Shown here in pieces: positions 30,001-45,000 of a DNA stretch of 64,000 nt (position 1 is the first letter of the stretch; every line of letters starts with the position of its first letter). Location: positions 387,934,001-387,998,000 of the forward strand of contig OZ024741.1 of the NCBI GenBank assembly GCA_964016885.1, written 5' to 3'. The notes under the pieces are model-generated. The model made no database searches and had not been told where the DNA came from. It was given only the letters and a program-made list of their open reading frames with translations. Source of the DNA: Eledone cirrhosa. Taxonomy: Eukaryota. The position numbers and the translations under genes were made by a program.

Positions 30001-33000
30001 AGCAGTATTAACACTGGAGGGGGTAGCTGTGTTAACACTGGAGGGGGTATCAATATTAACACTGGAGGTGGTAGCAATATTAACACTGGAGGTGGTAGCA
30101 ATATTAACACTGGAGGTGGTAGCAGTATTAACACTGGAGGGGGTATCAATATTAACACTGGAGATGGTATCAATATTAACACTGGAGGTGGTATCAATAT
30201 TAACACTGGAGGTGGTAGCAGTATTAACACTGGAGGTGGTAGCAATATTAACACTGGAGTTGGTAGCAGTATTAACACTGGAGGTGGTAGCAGTATTAAA
30301 ACTGGAGGTGGTAGCAGTATTAACACAGGAGGTGGTAGCAGTATTAACACTGGAGGTGGTATCAATATTAACACTGGAGGTGGTATCAATATTAACACTG
30401 GAGGTGGTAGCAATATTAACACTGGAGGTGGTAGCAGTATTAACACTGGAGGTGGTATCAATATTAGCACTGGAGGTAGTAGCAATATTAACACTGGAGG
30501 TGGTAGCAATATTAACACTGGAGGTGGTAGCAGTATTAACACTGGATGGGGTAGCAGTATTAACACTGGAGGTGGTAGCAGTATTAACACTGGAGGTGGT
30601 ATAAATATTATCACTGGAGGTGGTAGCAATATTAACACTGGAGGTGGTAGCAGTATTAACACAGGAGGTGGTATCAATATTAGCACTGATGGTGTTAGCA
30701 GTATTAACACTGGAGCTGTTAGCAATATTAACACTGGAGGTGGTAGCAGTATTAACACTGGAGGGGGTAGCAATATTAACACTGGAGGGGGTAGCAGTAT
30801 TAACACTGGAGGTGGTAGCAGTATTAACACTGGAGGTGTTAGCAATATTAACACTGGAGGTGGTAGCAGTATTAACACTGGAGGGGGTAGCAGTATTAAC
30901 ACTGGAGGTGGTAGCAGTATTAACACTGGAGGTGGTAGCAGTATTAAGACTGGAGGGGGTAGCAGTATTAACATTGGAGGTGGTAGCAGTATTAACACTG
31001 GAGGTGGTAGCAGTATTAACACTGGAGGTGGCAGCAGTATTAACACTGGAGGTGTTAGCAGTATTAACACAGGAGGTGTTAGCAATATTAACACTGGAGG
31101 TGGTACCAATATTAACACTGGAGGTGGTAGCAATATTAACACTGGAGGTGGTAGCAGTATTAACACTGGAGGTGGTAGCAGTATTAACACTGGAGCTGTT
31201 CGCAATATTAACACTGGAGGTGGTAGCAGTATTAACACTGGAGGGGGTAGCAGTATTAACACTGGAGGTGGTAGCAGTATTAACACTGGAGGTGGTAGCA
31301 GTATTAACACTGGAGGTGGTATCAATATTAACACTGGAGGTGGTATCAATATTAACACTGGAGGTGGTAGCAATATTAACACTGGAGGTATTAGCAGTAT
31401 TAACACTGGAGGTGGTAGCAGTATTAACACTGGAGGTGGTAGCAATATTAACACTGGAGGTGGTAGCAGTATTAACACTGGAGGTGTTAGCAATATTAAC
31501 ACTGGAGGTGGTAGCAGTATTAACACTGGAGAGGGTAGCAGTATTAACACTGGAGGTGGTAGCAATATTAACACTGGAGGTGGCAGCAGTATTAACACTG
31601 GAGGTGGTAGCAATATTAACACTGGAGGTGGTAGCAGTATTAACACTGGAGGTGTTAGCAATATTCACACTGGAGGTGGTAGCAGTATTAACACTGGAGG
31701 GGGTAGCAGTATTAACAATGGAGGTGGTAGCAATATTAACACTGGAGGTGGCAGCAGTATTAACACTGGAGGTGGTAGCAATATTAACACTGGAGGTGGT
31801 ATCAGTATTAACACTGGAGGTGGTAGCAGTATTAACACTGGAGGTGGTAGCAATATTAACACTGGAAGTGGTATCAACATTAACACTGGAGGTGGTAGCA
31901 GTATTAACACTGGAGGTGGTAGCAATATTAAAACTGGAGGTGGTAGCAGTATTAACACTGGAGGTGGTAACAATATTAGCACTGGAGGTGGTAGCAGTAT
32001 TAACACTGGAGGTGGTAGCAGTATTAACACTGGAGGTGGTATCAATATTAACACTGGAGGTGGTAGCAGTATTAACACTGGAGGTGGTAGCAGTATTAAC
32101 ACTGGAGGTGGTATAAATATTAGCACTGGAGGTGGTATCAATATTAACACAGGAGCGGGTATCGATATTAACACTGGAGGTGGTAGCAGTATTAACACTG
32201 GAGGTGGTAGCAGTATTAGCAATGGAGGTGGTAGCAGTATTAACACTGGAGGTGTTAGCAATATTAACACTGGAGGTGGTAGCAGTATTAACACTGGAGG
32301 TGGTAGCAGTATTAAGACTGGACGGGGTAGCAGTATTAACACTGGAGGTGGTAGCAGTATTAACACTGGAGGTGGTAGCAGTATTAACACTGGAGGTGGT
32401 AGCAATATTAACACTAGAGGTGGTATCAGTATTAACACTGGAGGTGGTAGCAGTATTAACACTGGAGGTGGTAGCAATATTAACACTGGAGGTGGCATCA
32501 ATATTAAAACTGGAGGTGGTAGCAGTATTAACACTGTAGGTGGTAGCAATATTAACACTGGAAGTGGTATCAATATTAACACTGGAGGTGGTAGCAGTAT
32601 TAATACTGGAGGTGGTAGCAGTATTAACACTGGAGGTGGTATCAATATTAACACTGGAGGTGGTAGCAGTATTAACACTGGAGGTGGTAGCAGTATTAAC
32701 ACTGGAGGTGGTAGCAGTATTAACACTGGTGATGGTATCAATATTAACACTGGAGGTGGTAGCAGTATTAACACTGGAGGTGGTATCAATATTAGCACAG
32801 GAGGTGGTAGCAGTATTAACACTGGAGGTGGTATCAATATTAACACTGGAGGTGGTATCAATATTAACACTGGAGGTGGTAGCAGTATTAACACTGGAGG
32901 TGGTAGCAGTATTAACACTGGAGGTGGTATAAATATTAGCACTGGAGGTGGTATCAATATTAACACAGGAGCGGGTATCGATATTAACACTGGAGGTGGT

Positions 33001-36000
33001 AGCAGTATTAACACTGGAGGTGGTAGCAGTATTAACAATGGAGGTGGTAGCAGTATTAACACTGGAGGTGTTAGCAGTATTAACACTGGAGGTGTTAGCA
33101 ATATTAACACTGGAGGTGGTAGCAGTATTAACACTGGAGGGGGTAGCAGTATTAACACTGGAGGTGGTAGCAGTATTAACACTGGAGGTGGTAGCAGTAT
33201 TAAGACTGGAGGGGGTAGCAGTATTAACACTGGAGGTGGTAGCAGTATTAACACTGGAGGTGGTAGCAGTATTAACACTGGAGGTGGCAGCAGTATTAAC
33301 ACTGGAGGTATTAGCAGTATTAACACAGGAGGTGTTAGCAATATTAACACTGGAGGTGGTATCAATATTAACACTGGAGGTGGTATCAATATTAACACTG
33401 GAGGTGGTAGCAGTATTAACACTGGACGTGGTAGCAGTATTAACACTGGAGGTGTTCGCAATATTAACACTGGAGGTGGTAGCAGTATTAACACTGGAGG
33501 GGGTAGCAGTATTAACACTGGAGGTTGTAGCAGTATTAACACTGGAGGTGGTAGCAGTATTAACACTGGAGCTGGTATCAATATTAACACTGGAGGTGGT
33601 AGCAATATTAACACTGGAGGTGGTAGCAATATTAACACTGGAGGTGTTAGCAGTATTAACACTGGAGGTGGTAGCAGTATTAACACTGGAGGTGGTAGCA
33701 ATATTAACACTGGAGGTGGTAGCAGTATTAACACTGGAGGTGTTAGCAATATTAACACTGGAGGTGGTAGCAGTATTAACACTGGAGGGGGTAGCAGTAT
33801 TAACACTGGAGGTGGTAGCAATATTAAGACTGGAGGTGGTAGCAGTATTAACACTGGAGGTGGTAGCAATATTAACACTGGAGGTGGTATCAGTATTAAC
33901 ACTGGAGGTGGTAGCAGTATTAACACTGGAGGTGGTAGCAATATTAACACTGGAGGTGGCATCAATATTAACACTGGAGGTGGTAGCAGTATTAACACTG
34001 TAGGTGGTAGCAATATTAACACTGGAAGTGGTATCAATATTAACACTGGAGGTGGTAGCAGTATTAACACTGGAGGTGGTAGCAGTATTAACACTGGAGG
34101 TGGTATCAATATTAGCACTGGAGGTGGTAGCAATATTAACACTGGAGGTGGTAGCAGTATTAACACTGGAGGTGGTAGCAGTATTAACACTGGTGATGGT
34201 ATCAATATTAACACTCGAGGTGGTAGCAGTATTAACACTGGAGGTTGTATCAATATTAACACTGGAGGTTGTAGCAGTATTAACACTGGACGTAGTAGCA
34301 ATATTAACCCTGGAGGTGGTAGCAGTATTAACACTGGAGGTGGTAGCAATATTAACACTGGAGGTGGTAGCAGTAATAACACTGGAGGAAGTAGCAATAT
34401 TAACACTGGAGGTGGTATCAGTATTAACACTGGAGGTGGTAGCAGTATTAACACTGGAGGTGGTAGCAGTATTAACACAGGAGATGGTAGCAGTATTAAC
34501 ACTGGAGGTGGTATCAGTATTAACACTGGAGGTGGTAGCAGTATTAACACTGGAGGTGGTAGCAGTATTAACACTGGAGGTGGTAGCAGTATTAACATTG
34601 GAGGTGGTAGCAGTAATAACACTGGAGGTGGTATCAATATTAACACAGGAGGTGGTATCAATATTAACACTGGAGGTGGTAGCAATATTAACACTGGAGG
34701 TGGTAGCAATATTAACACTGGAGCAGGTATCAATATTAACACTGGAGGTGGTAGCAGTATTAACACTGGAGGTGGTAGCAATATTAACACTGGAGGTGGT
34801 AGCTGTATTAACACTGGAGGTGGTAGCAATATTAACACTGGAGGTGGTAGCAGTATTAACATTGGAGGTGGTAGCAGTATTAACACTGGAGGTGGTAGCA
34901 GTAATAACACTGGAGGTGGTAGCAATATTAACACAGGAGGTGGTAGCAGTAATAACACTGGAGGTGGTATCAATATTAACACAGGAGGTGTTAGCAATAT
35001 TAACACTGGAGCAGGTATCAATATTAACACTGGAGGTGGTAGCAGTATTAACACTGGAGGTGGTAGCAGTATTAACACTGGAGGTGGTAGCAGTATTAAC
35101 ACTGGAGGTGGTATCAATATTAACACTGGAGGTGGTAGCAATATTAACACTGGAGGTGGTAGCAGTATTAACACTGGAGGGGGTAGCAGAATTAACACTG
35201 GAGGTGGTAGCAGTATTAACACTGGAGGTGGTAGCAATATTAACACTGGAGGGGGTAGAAGTATTAACACTCGAGGTGGTAGCAGTATTAACACTGGAGG
35301 TGGTAGCAGTATTAACACTGGAGGTGGTAGCAATATTAACACTGGAGGTGGTAGCAGTATTAACACTGGAGGTGGTAGCATTATTAACACTGGAGGTGGT
35401 ATCAATATTAACACTGGAGGTGGTAGCAATATTAACACTGGAGGTGGTAGCAGTATTAGCACTGGAGGGGGTAGCAGTATTAACACTGGAGGTGGTATCA
35501 ATATTAACACTGGAGGTGGTAACAATATTAACACTGGAGGTGGTAGCAGTATTAACACTGGAGGTGGTAGCAATATTGACACTGGAGGTGGTAGCAGTAT
35601 TAACACTGGAGGTGGTATCAATATTAACACTGGAGGTGGTATCAATATTAACACTGGAGGTGGTAGCAATATTAACACTGGAGGTGGTAGCAGTATTAAC
35701 ACTGGAGGGGGTAGCAGTATTAACACTGGAGGTGGTATCAATATTAACACTGGAGGTGGTAGCAATATTAACACTGGAGGTGGTAGCATTATTAACACTG
35801 GAGGGGGTTACAGTATTAACACTGGAGGGGGTATCAATATTAACACTGGAGGTGGTAACAATATTAACACTGGAGGTGGTAGCATTATTAACACTGGAGG
35901 GGGTTGCAGTATTAACACTGGAGGGGGTAGCAATATTAACACTGGAGGTGGTATCAATATTAACACTGGAGGTGGTAGCAATATTAACACTGGAGGTGGT

Positions 36001-39000
36001 AGCATTATTAACACTGGAGGGGGTAGCAGTATTAACACTGGAGGTGGTATCAATATTAACACTGGAGGTGGTAACAATATTAACACTGGAGGTGGTAGCA
36101 GTATTAACACTGGAGGTGGTAGCAATATTAACACTGGAGGTGGTAGCAGTATTAACACTGGAGGTGGTAGCAGTATTAACACTGGAGGTGGTATCAATAT
36201 TAATACTGGAGGTGGTAGCAATATTAATACTGCAGGTGGTAGCAGTATTAACACTGGAGGGGGTAGCAGTATTAACACTGGAGGTGGTATCAATATTAAC
36301 ACTGGAGGTGGTAGCAATATTAACACTGGAGGTTGTAGCAATATTAACACTGGAGCAGGTATCAATATTAACACTGGAGGTGGTAGCAGTATTAAAACAG
36401 GAGGTGGTAGCAATATTAACACTGGAGCAGGTATCAATATTAACACTGGAGGTGGTAGCAGTATTAACACTGCAGGTGGTAGAAGTATTAACACTGGAGG
36501 TGGTATCAATATTAACACTGGAGGTGGTAGCAATATTAACACTGGAGGTGTTAGCAGATTTAACACTGGAGGTGGTAGCAATATTAACACTGGAGATGGT
36601 AGCAATATTAACACTGGAGGTGGTAGCAGTATTAACACTGGAGGTGGTAGCAATATTAACACTGGAGGTGGTAGCAGTATTAACACTGGAGGTGGTAGCA
36701 ATATTAACACTGGAGGTGGTAGCAGTATTAACACTGGAGGTGGTAGCAGTATTAACACTGGAGGTGGTAGCAATATTAACACTGGAGGTGGTAGCAGTAT
36801 TAACACTGGAGGTGGTAGCAGTATTAACACTGGAGGTGGTAGCAATATTAACACTGGAGGTGGTAGCAGTATTAACACTGGAGGTGGTAGCAGTATTAAC
36901 ACTGGAGGTGGTAGCAATATTAACACTGGAGGTGGTAGCAGTATTAACACTGGAGGTGGTAGCAGTATTAACACTGGAGGTGGTAGCAGTATTAACACTG
37001 GAGGTGGTAGCAGTATTAACACTGGAGGTGGTAGCAGTATTAACACTGGAGGTGGTAGCAGTATTAACACTGGAGGTGGTAGCAGTATTAACACTGGAGG
37101 TGGTAGCAGTATTAACACTGGAGGTGGTAGCAGTATTAACACTGGTGGTGGTAGCAGTATTAACACAGGAGGTGGTAGCAATATTAACACTGGAGCAGGT
37201 ATCAATATTAACACTGGAGGTGGTAGCAGTATTAACACAGGAGGTGGTAGCAATATTAACACTGGAGCAGGTATCAATATTAACACTGGAGGTGGTAGCA
37301 ATATTAACACTGCCGGTGGTAGAAGTATTAACACTGGAGGTGGTATCAATATTAACATTGGAGGTGGTAGCAATATTAACACTGGAGGTGTTAGCAGTAT
37401 TAACACTGGAGGTGGTAGCAATATTAACACTGGAGGTGGTAGCAATATTAACACTGGAGGTGGTAGCAGTATTAACACTGGAGGTGGTAGCAATATTACC
37501 ACTGGAGGTGGTAGCAGTATTAACACTGGAGGTGGTAGCAATATTAACACTGGAGGTGGTAGCAGTATTAACACTGGAGGTGGTAGCAGTATTAACACTG
37601 GAGGTGGTAGCAATATTAAAACTCGAGGTGGTAGCAGTATTAACACTGGAGGTGGTAGCAGTATTAACACTGGAGGTGGTAGCAGTATTAACACTGCAGG
37701 TGGTAGCATTATTAACACTGGAGGTGGTAGCAGTATTAACACTGGAGGTGTTAGCAATATTAACACTGGAGGTGGTAGCAGTATTAACACTGGAGGTGGT
37801 AGCAGTATTAACACTGGAGGTGGTAGCAGTATTAACACTGGAGGTGGTAGCAATATTAACACTGGAGGTGGTAGCAGTATTAACACTGGAGGTGGTAGCA
37901 ATATTAACACTGGAGGTGGTAGCAGTATTAACACTGGAGGTGGTAGCAATATTAACACTGGAGGTGGTAGCAGTATTAACACTGGAGGTGGTAGCAGTAT
38001 TAACACTGGAGGTGGTAGCAATATTAACACTGGAGGTGGTAGCAGTATTAACACTGGAGGTGGTATCAATATTAACACTGGAGTTGGTAGCAGTATTAAC
38101 ACTGAAGGTGGTAGCAGTATTAACACTGGAGGTGGTATCAATATTAAAACTGGAGATGGTAGCAGTATTAACACTGGAGGTGGTAGCAGTATTAACACTG
38201 GAGGTGGTAGCAATATTAACACAGGAGGTGGTATCAATATTAAAACTGGAGATGGTAGCAGTATTAACACGGGAGGTGGTAGCAATATTAACACAGGAGG
38301 TGGTAGCAATATTAACACTGGAGGTGGTAGCAGTATTAACACAGGAGGTGGTATCAATATTAACACTGGAGTTGGTAGCAGTATTAAAACTGGAGATGGT
38401 AGCAATATTAACACTGGAGGTGGTAGCAGTATTAACACTGGAGGTGGTAGCAGTATTAACGCTGGAGGTGGTAGCAGTATTAACACAGGAGGTGGTAGCA
38501 ATATTAACACTGGAGCAGGTATCAATATTAACACTGGAGGTGGTAGCAGTATTAACACTGGAGGTGGTATCAATATTAACACTGGAGGTGGTATCAATAT
38601 TAACACTGGAGGTGGTAGCAATATTAACACTGGAGGTGGTAGCAGTATTAACACTGGAGGGGGTAGCAGTATTAACACTGGATGTGGTAGCAATATTAAC
38701 ACTGGAGGTGGTAGCAGTATTAACACTGGAGGTGGTAGCAGTAATAATACTGGAGGTGGTAGCAATATTAACACAGGAGGTGGTAGCAGTAATAACACTG
38801 GAGGTGGTATCAATATTAACACTGGAGGTGGTATCAATATTAACACTGGAGGTGGTAGCAATATTAACACTGGAGGTGGTAGCAATATTAACACTGGAGG
38901 TGGTAGCAGTATTAACACAGGAGGTGTTAGCAATATTAACACTGGGGCGGGTATCAATATTAACACTGGAGGTGGTAGCAGTATTAACACTGGAGATGGT

Positions 39001-42000
39001 AGCAATATTAACACTGGAGGTGGTAGCAATATTAACACTGGAGGTGGTACCAGTATTAACACTAGAGGTGGTAGCAGTATTAACACTGGAGGTGGTAGCA
39101 ATATTAACACTGCAGGTGGTAGCAGTATTAACACTGGAGGTGGTAGCAGTATTAACACTGGTGATGGTATCAATATTAACACTCGAGGTGGTAGCAGTAT
39201 TAACACTGGAGGTGGTATCAATAGTAACACTGGAGGTGGTAGCAGTATTAACACTGGAGGTGATAGCAGTATTAACACTGGAGGTGGTATAAATATTAAC
39301 ACTGGAGGTGGTATCAATATTAACACTGGAGCGGGTATCAATATTAACACTGGAGGTGGTAGCAGTATTAACACTGGAGGTGGTAGCAGTATTAACACTG
39401 GAGGTGGTAGCAATATTAACACTGGAGGTGGTAGCAGTATTAACACTGGAGGGGTTAGCAGTATTAACACTGGAGGTGGTATCAATATTAACACTGGAGG
39501 TGGTAGCAATATTAACACTGGAGGTGGTAGCAGTATTAACACTGGAGGTGGTAGCAGTATTAAAACTGGAGGTGGTAGCAGTATTAACACTGGAGGGGGT
39601 AGCAGTATTAACACTGGAGGTGGTATCAATATTAACACTGGAGGTGGTAGCAATATTAACACTGGAGGTGGTAGCAGTATTAACACTGGAGGTGGTAGCA
39701 ATATTAACACTGGAGGTGGTAGCAGTATTAACACTGGAGGTGGTAGCAGTATTAACACTGGAGGTGGTATCAATATTAACACTGGAGGTGGTATCAATAT
39801 TAAAACTGGAGGTGGTAGCAATATTAACACTGGGGGGGGGGGGGGGGGGGGGTAGCAGTATTAACACTGGAGGGGGTAGCAGTATTAACACTGGAGGTGG
39901 TATCAATATTAACACTGGAGGTGGTAGCAATATTAACACTGGAGGTGGTATCAATATTAACACTGGAGGTGGTAGCAGTATTAACACTGGAGGGGGTAGC
40001 AGTATTAACACTGGAGGTGGTATCAATATTAACACTGGAGGTGGTAGCAATATTAACACTGGAGGTGGTAGCATTATTAACACTGGAGGGGGTTACAGTA
40101 TTAACACTGGAGGGGGTATCAATATTAACACTGGAGGTGGTAACAATATTAACACTGGAGGTGGTAGCATTATTAACACTGGAGGGGGTTGCAGTATTAA
40201 CACTGGAGGGGGTAGCAATATTAACACTGGAGGTGGTATCAATATTAACACTGGAGGTGGTAGCAATATTAACACTGGAGGTGGTAGCATTATTAACACT
40301 GGAGGGGGTAGCAGTATTAACACTGGAGGTGGTATCAATATTAACACTGGAGGTGGTAACAATATTAACACTGGAGGTGGTAGCAGTATTAACACTGGAG
40401 GTGGTAGCAATATTAACACTGGAGGTGGTAGCAGTATTAACACTGGAGGTGGTAGCAGTATTAACACTGGAGGTGGTATCAATATTAATACTGGAGGTGG
40501 TAGCAATATTAATACTGCAGGTGGTAGCAGTATTAACACTGGAGGGGGTAGCAGTATTAACACTGGAGGTGGTATCAATATTAACACTGGAGGTGGTAGC
40601 AATATTAACACTGGAGGTTGTAACAATATTAACACTGGAGCAGGTATCAATATTAACACTGGAGGTGGTAGCAGTATTAAAACAGGAGGTGGTAGCAATA
40701 TTAACACTGGAGCAGGTATCAATATTAACACTGGAGGTGGTAGCAGTATTAACACTGCAGGTGGTAGAAGTATTAACACTGGAGGTGGTATCAATATTAA
40801 CACTGGAGGTGGTAGCAATATTAACACTGGAGGTGTTAGCAGATTTAACACTGGAGGTGGTAGCAATATTAACACTGGAGATGGTAGCAATATTAACACT
40901 GGAGGTGGTAGCAGTATTAACACTGGAGGTGGTAGCAATATTAACACTGGAGGTGGTAGCAGTATTAACACTGGAGGTGGTAGCAATATTAACACTGGAG
41001 GTGGTAGCAGTATTAACACTGGAGGTGGTAGCAGTATTAACACTGGAGGTGGTAGCAATATTAACACTGGAGGTGGTAGCAGTATTAACACTGGAGGTGG
41101 TAGCAGTATTAACACTGGAGGTGGTAGCAGTATTAACACTGGAGGTGGTAGCAATATTAACACTGGAGGTGGTAGCAGTATTAACACTGGAGGTGTTAGC
41201 AATATTAACACTGGAGGTGGTAGCAGTATTAACACTGGAGGTGGTAGCAGTATTAACACTGGAGGTGGTAGCAGTATTAACACTGGAGGTGGTAGCAATA
41301 TTAACACTGGAGGTGGTAGCAGTATTAACACTGGAGGTGGTAGCAATATTAACACTGGAGGTGGTAGCAGTATTAACACTGGAGGTGGTAGCAGTATTAA
41401 CACTGGAGGTGGTAGCAATATTAACACTGGAGGTGGTAGCAGTATTAACACTGGAGGTGGTAGCAGTATTAACACTGGAGGTGGTAGCAGTATTAACACT
41501 GGAGGTGGTAGCAGTATTAACACTGGAGGTGGTAGCAGTATTAACACTGGAGGTGGTAGCAGTATTAACACTGGAGGTGGTAGCAGTATTAACACTGGAG
41601 GTGGTAGCAGTATTAACACTGGAGGTGGTAGCAGTATTAACACTGGAGGTGGTAGCAGTATTAACACTGGAGGTGGTAGCAGTATTAACACTGGTGGTGG
41701 TAGCAGTATTAACACAGGAGGTGGTAGCAATATTAACACTGGAGCAGGTATCAATATTAACACTGGAGGTGGTAGCAGTATTAACACAGGAGGTGGTAGC
41801 AATATTAACACTGGAGCAGGTATCAATATTAACACTGGAGGTGGTAGCAATATTAACACTGCCGGTGGTAGAAGTATTAACACTGGAGGTGGTATCAATA
41901 TTAACATTGGAGGTGGTAGCAATATTAACACTGGAGGTGTTAGCAGTATTAACACTGGAGGTGGTAGCAATATTAACACTGGAGGTGGTAGCAATATTAA

Positions 42001-45000
42001 CACTGGAGGTGGTAGCAGTATTAACACTGGAGGTGGTAGCAATATTACCACTGGAGGTGGTAGCAGTATTAACACTGGAGGTGGTAGCAATATTAACACT
42101 GGAGGTGGTAGCAGTATTAACACTGGAGGTGGTAGCAGTATTAACACTGGAGGTGGTAGCAATATTAAAACTCGAGGTGGTAGCAGTATTAACACTGGAG
42201 GTGGTAGCAGTATTAACACTGGAGGTGGTAGCAGTATTAACACTGCAGGTGGTAGCATTATTAACACTGGAGGTGGTAGCAGTATTAACACTGGAGGTGT
42301 TAGCAATATTAACACTGGAGGTGGTAGCAGTATTAACACTGGAGGTGGTAGCAGTATTAACACTGGAGGTGGTAGCAGTATTAACACTGGAGGTGGTAGC
42401 AATATTAACACTGGAGGTGGTAGCAGTATTAACACTGGAGGTGGTAGCAATATTAACACTGGAGGTGGTAGCAGTATTAACACTGGAGGTGGTAGCAATA
42501 TTAACACTGGAGGTGGTAGCAGTATTAACACTGGAGGTGGTAGCAGTATTAACACTGGAGGTGGTAGCAATATTAACACTGGAGGTGGTAGCAGTATTAA
42601 CACTGGAGGTGGTATCAATATTAACACTGGAGTTGGTAGCAGTATTAACACTGAAGGTGGTAGCAGTATTAACACTGGAGGTGGTATCAATATTAAAACT
42701 GGAGATGGTAGCAGTATTAACACTGGAGGTGGTAGCAGTATTAACACTGGAGGTGGTAGCAATATTAACACAGGAGGTGGTATCAATATTAAAACTGGAG
42801 ATGGTAGCAGTATTAACACGGGAGGTGGTAGCAATATTAACACAGGAGGTGGTAGCAATATTAACACTGGAGGTGGTAGCAGTATTAACACAGGAGGTGG
42901 TATCAATATTAACACTGGAGTTGGTAGCAGTATTAAAACTGGAGATGGTAGCAATATTAACACTGGAGGTGGTAGCAGTATTAACACTGGAGGTGGTAGC
43001 AGTATTAACGCTGGAGGTGGTAGCAGTATTAACACAGGAGGTGGTAGCAATATTAACACTGGAGCAGGTATCAACATTAACACTGGAGGTGGTAGCAGTA
43101 TTAACACTGGAGGTGGTATCAATATTAACACTGGAGGTGGTATCAATATTAACACTGGAGGTGGTAGCAATATTAACACTGGAGGTGGTAGCAGTATTAA
43201 CACTGGAGGGGGTAGCAGTATTAACACTGGATGTGGTAGCAATATTAACACTGGAGGTGGTAGCAGTATTAACACTGGAGGTGGTAGCAGTAATAATACT
43301 GGAGGTGGTAGCAATATTAACACAGGAGGTGGTAGCAGTAATAACACTGGAGGTGGTATCAATATTAACACTGGAGGTGGTATCAATATTAACACTGGAG
43401 GTGGTAGCAATATTAACACTGGAGGTGGTAGCAATATTAACACTGGAGGTGGTAGCAGTATTAACACAGGAGGTGTTAGCAATATTAACACTGGGGCGGG
43501 TATCAATATTAACACTGGAGGTGGTAGCAGTATTAACACTGGAGATGGTAGCAATATTAACACTGGAGGTGGTAGCAATATTAACACTGGAGGTGGTACC
43601 AGTATTAACACTAGAGGTGGTAGCAGTATTAACACTGGAGGTGGTAGCAATATTAACACTGCAGGTGGTAGCAGTATTAACACTGGAGGTGGTAGCAGTA
43701 TTAACACTGGTGATGGTATCAATATTAACACTCGAGGTGGTAGCAGTATTAACACTGGAGGTGGTATCAATAGTAACACTGGAGGTGGTAGCAGTATTAA
43801 CACTGGAGGTGATAGCAGTATTAACACTGGAGGTGGTATAAATATTAACACTGGAGGTGGTATCAATATTAACACTGGAGCGGGTATCAATATTAACACT
43901 GGAGGTGGTAGCAGTATTAACACTGGAGGTGGTAGCAGTATTAACACTGGAGGTGGTAGCAATATTAACACTGGAGGTGGTAGCAGTATTAACACTGGAG
44001 GGGTTAGCAGTATTAACACTGGAGGTGGTATCAATATTAACACTGGAGGTGGTAGCAATATTAACACTGGAGGTGGTAGCAGTATTAACACTGGAGGTGG
44101 TAGCAGTATTAAAACTGGAGGTGGTAGCAGTATTAACACTGGAGGGGGTAGCAGTATTAACACTGGAGGTGGTATCAATATTAACACTGGAGGTGGTAGC
44201 AATATTAACACTGGAGGTGGTAGCAGTATTAACACTGGAGGTGGTAGCAATATTAACACTGGAGGTGGTAGCAGTATTAACACTGGAGGTGGTAGCAGTA
44301 TTAACACTGGAGGTGGTATCAATATTAACACTGGAGGTGGTATCAATATTAAAACTGGAGGTGGTAGCAATATTAACACTGGGGGGGGGGGGGGGGTTAG
44401 CAGTATTAACACTGGAGGGGGTAGCAGTATTAACACTGGAGGTGGTATCAATATTAACACTGGAGGTGGTAGCAATATTAACACTGGAGGTGGTAGCAAT
44501 ATTAACACTCGAGGTGGTAGCAGTATTAAAACTGGAGGTGGTAGCAATATTAACACTGGGGGGGGGGGGGGCGTAGCAGTATTAACACTGGAGGTGGTAG
44601 CAGTATTAACATTGGAGGTGGTAGCAGTAATAACACTGGAGGTGGTATCAATATTAACACAGGAGGTGGTAGCAATATTAAAAATGGAGGTGGTAGCAAT
44701 ATTAACACTGGAGCAGGTATCAATATTAACACTGGAGGTGGTAGCAGTATTAACACTGGAGGGTGTAGCAATATTAACACTGGAGGTGGTAGCTGTATTA
44801 ACACTGGAGGTGGTAGCAATATTAACACTGGAGGTGGTAGCAATATTAACACTGGAGGTGGTAGCAATATTAACACTGGAGCAGGTATCAATATTAACAC
44901 TGGAGGTGGTAGCAGTATTAACACTGGAGGGTGTAGCAATATTAATACTGGAGGTGGTAGCTGTATTAACACTGGAGGTGGTAGCAATATTAACACTGGA

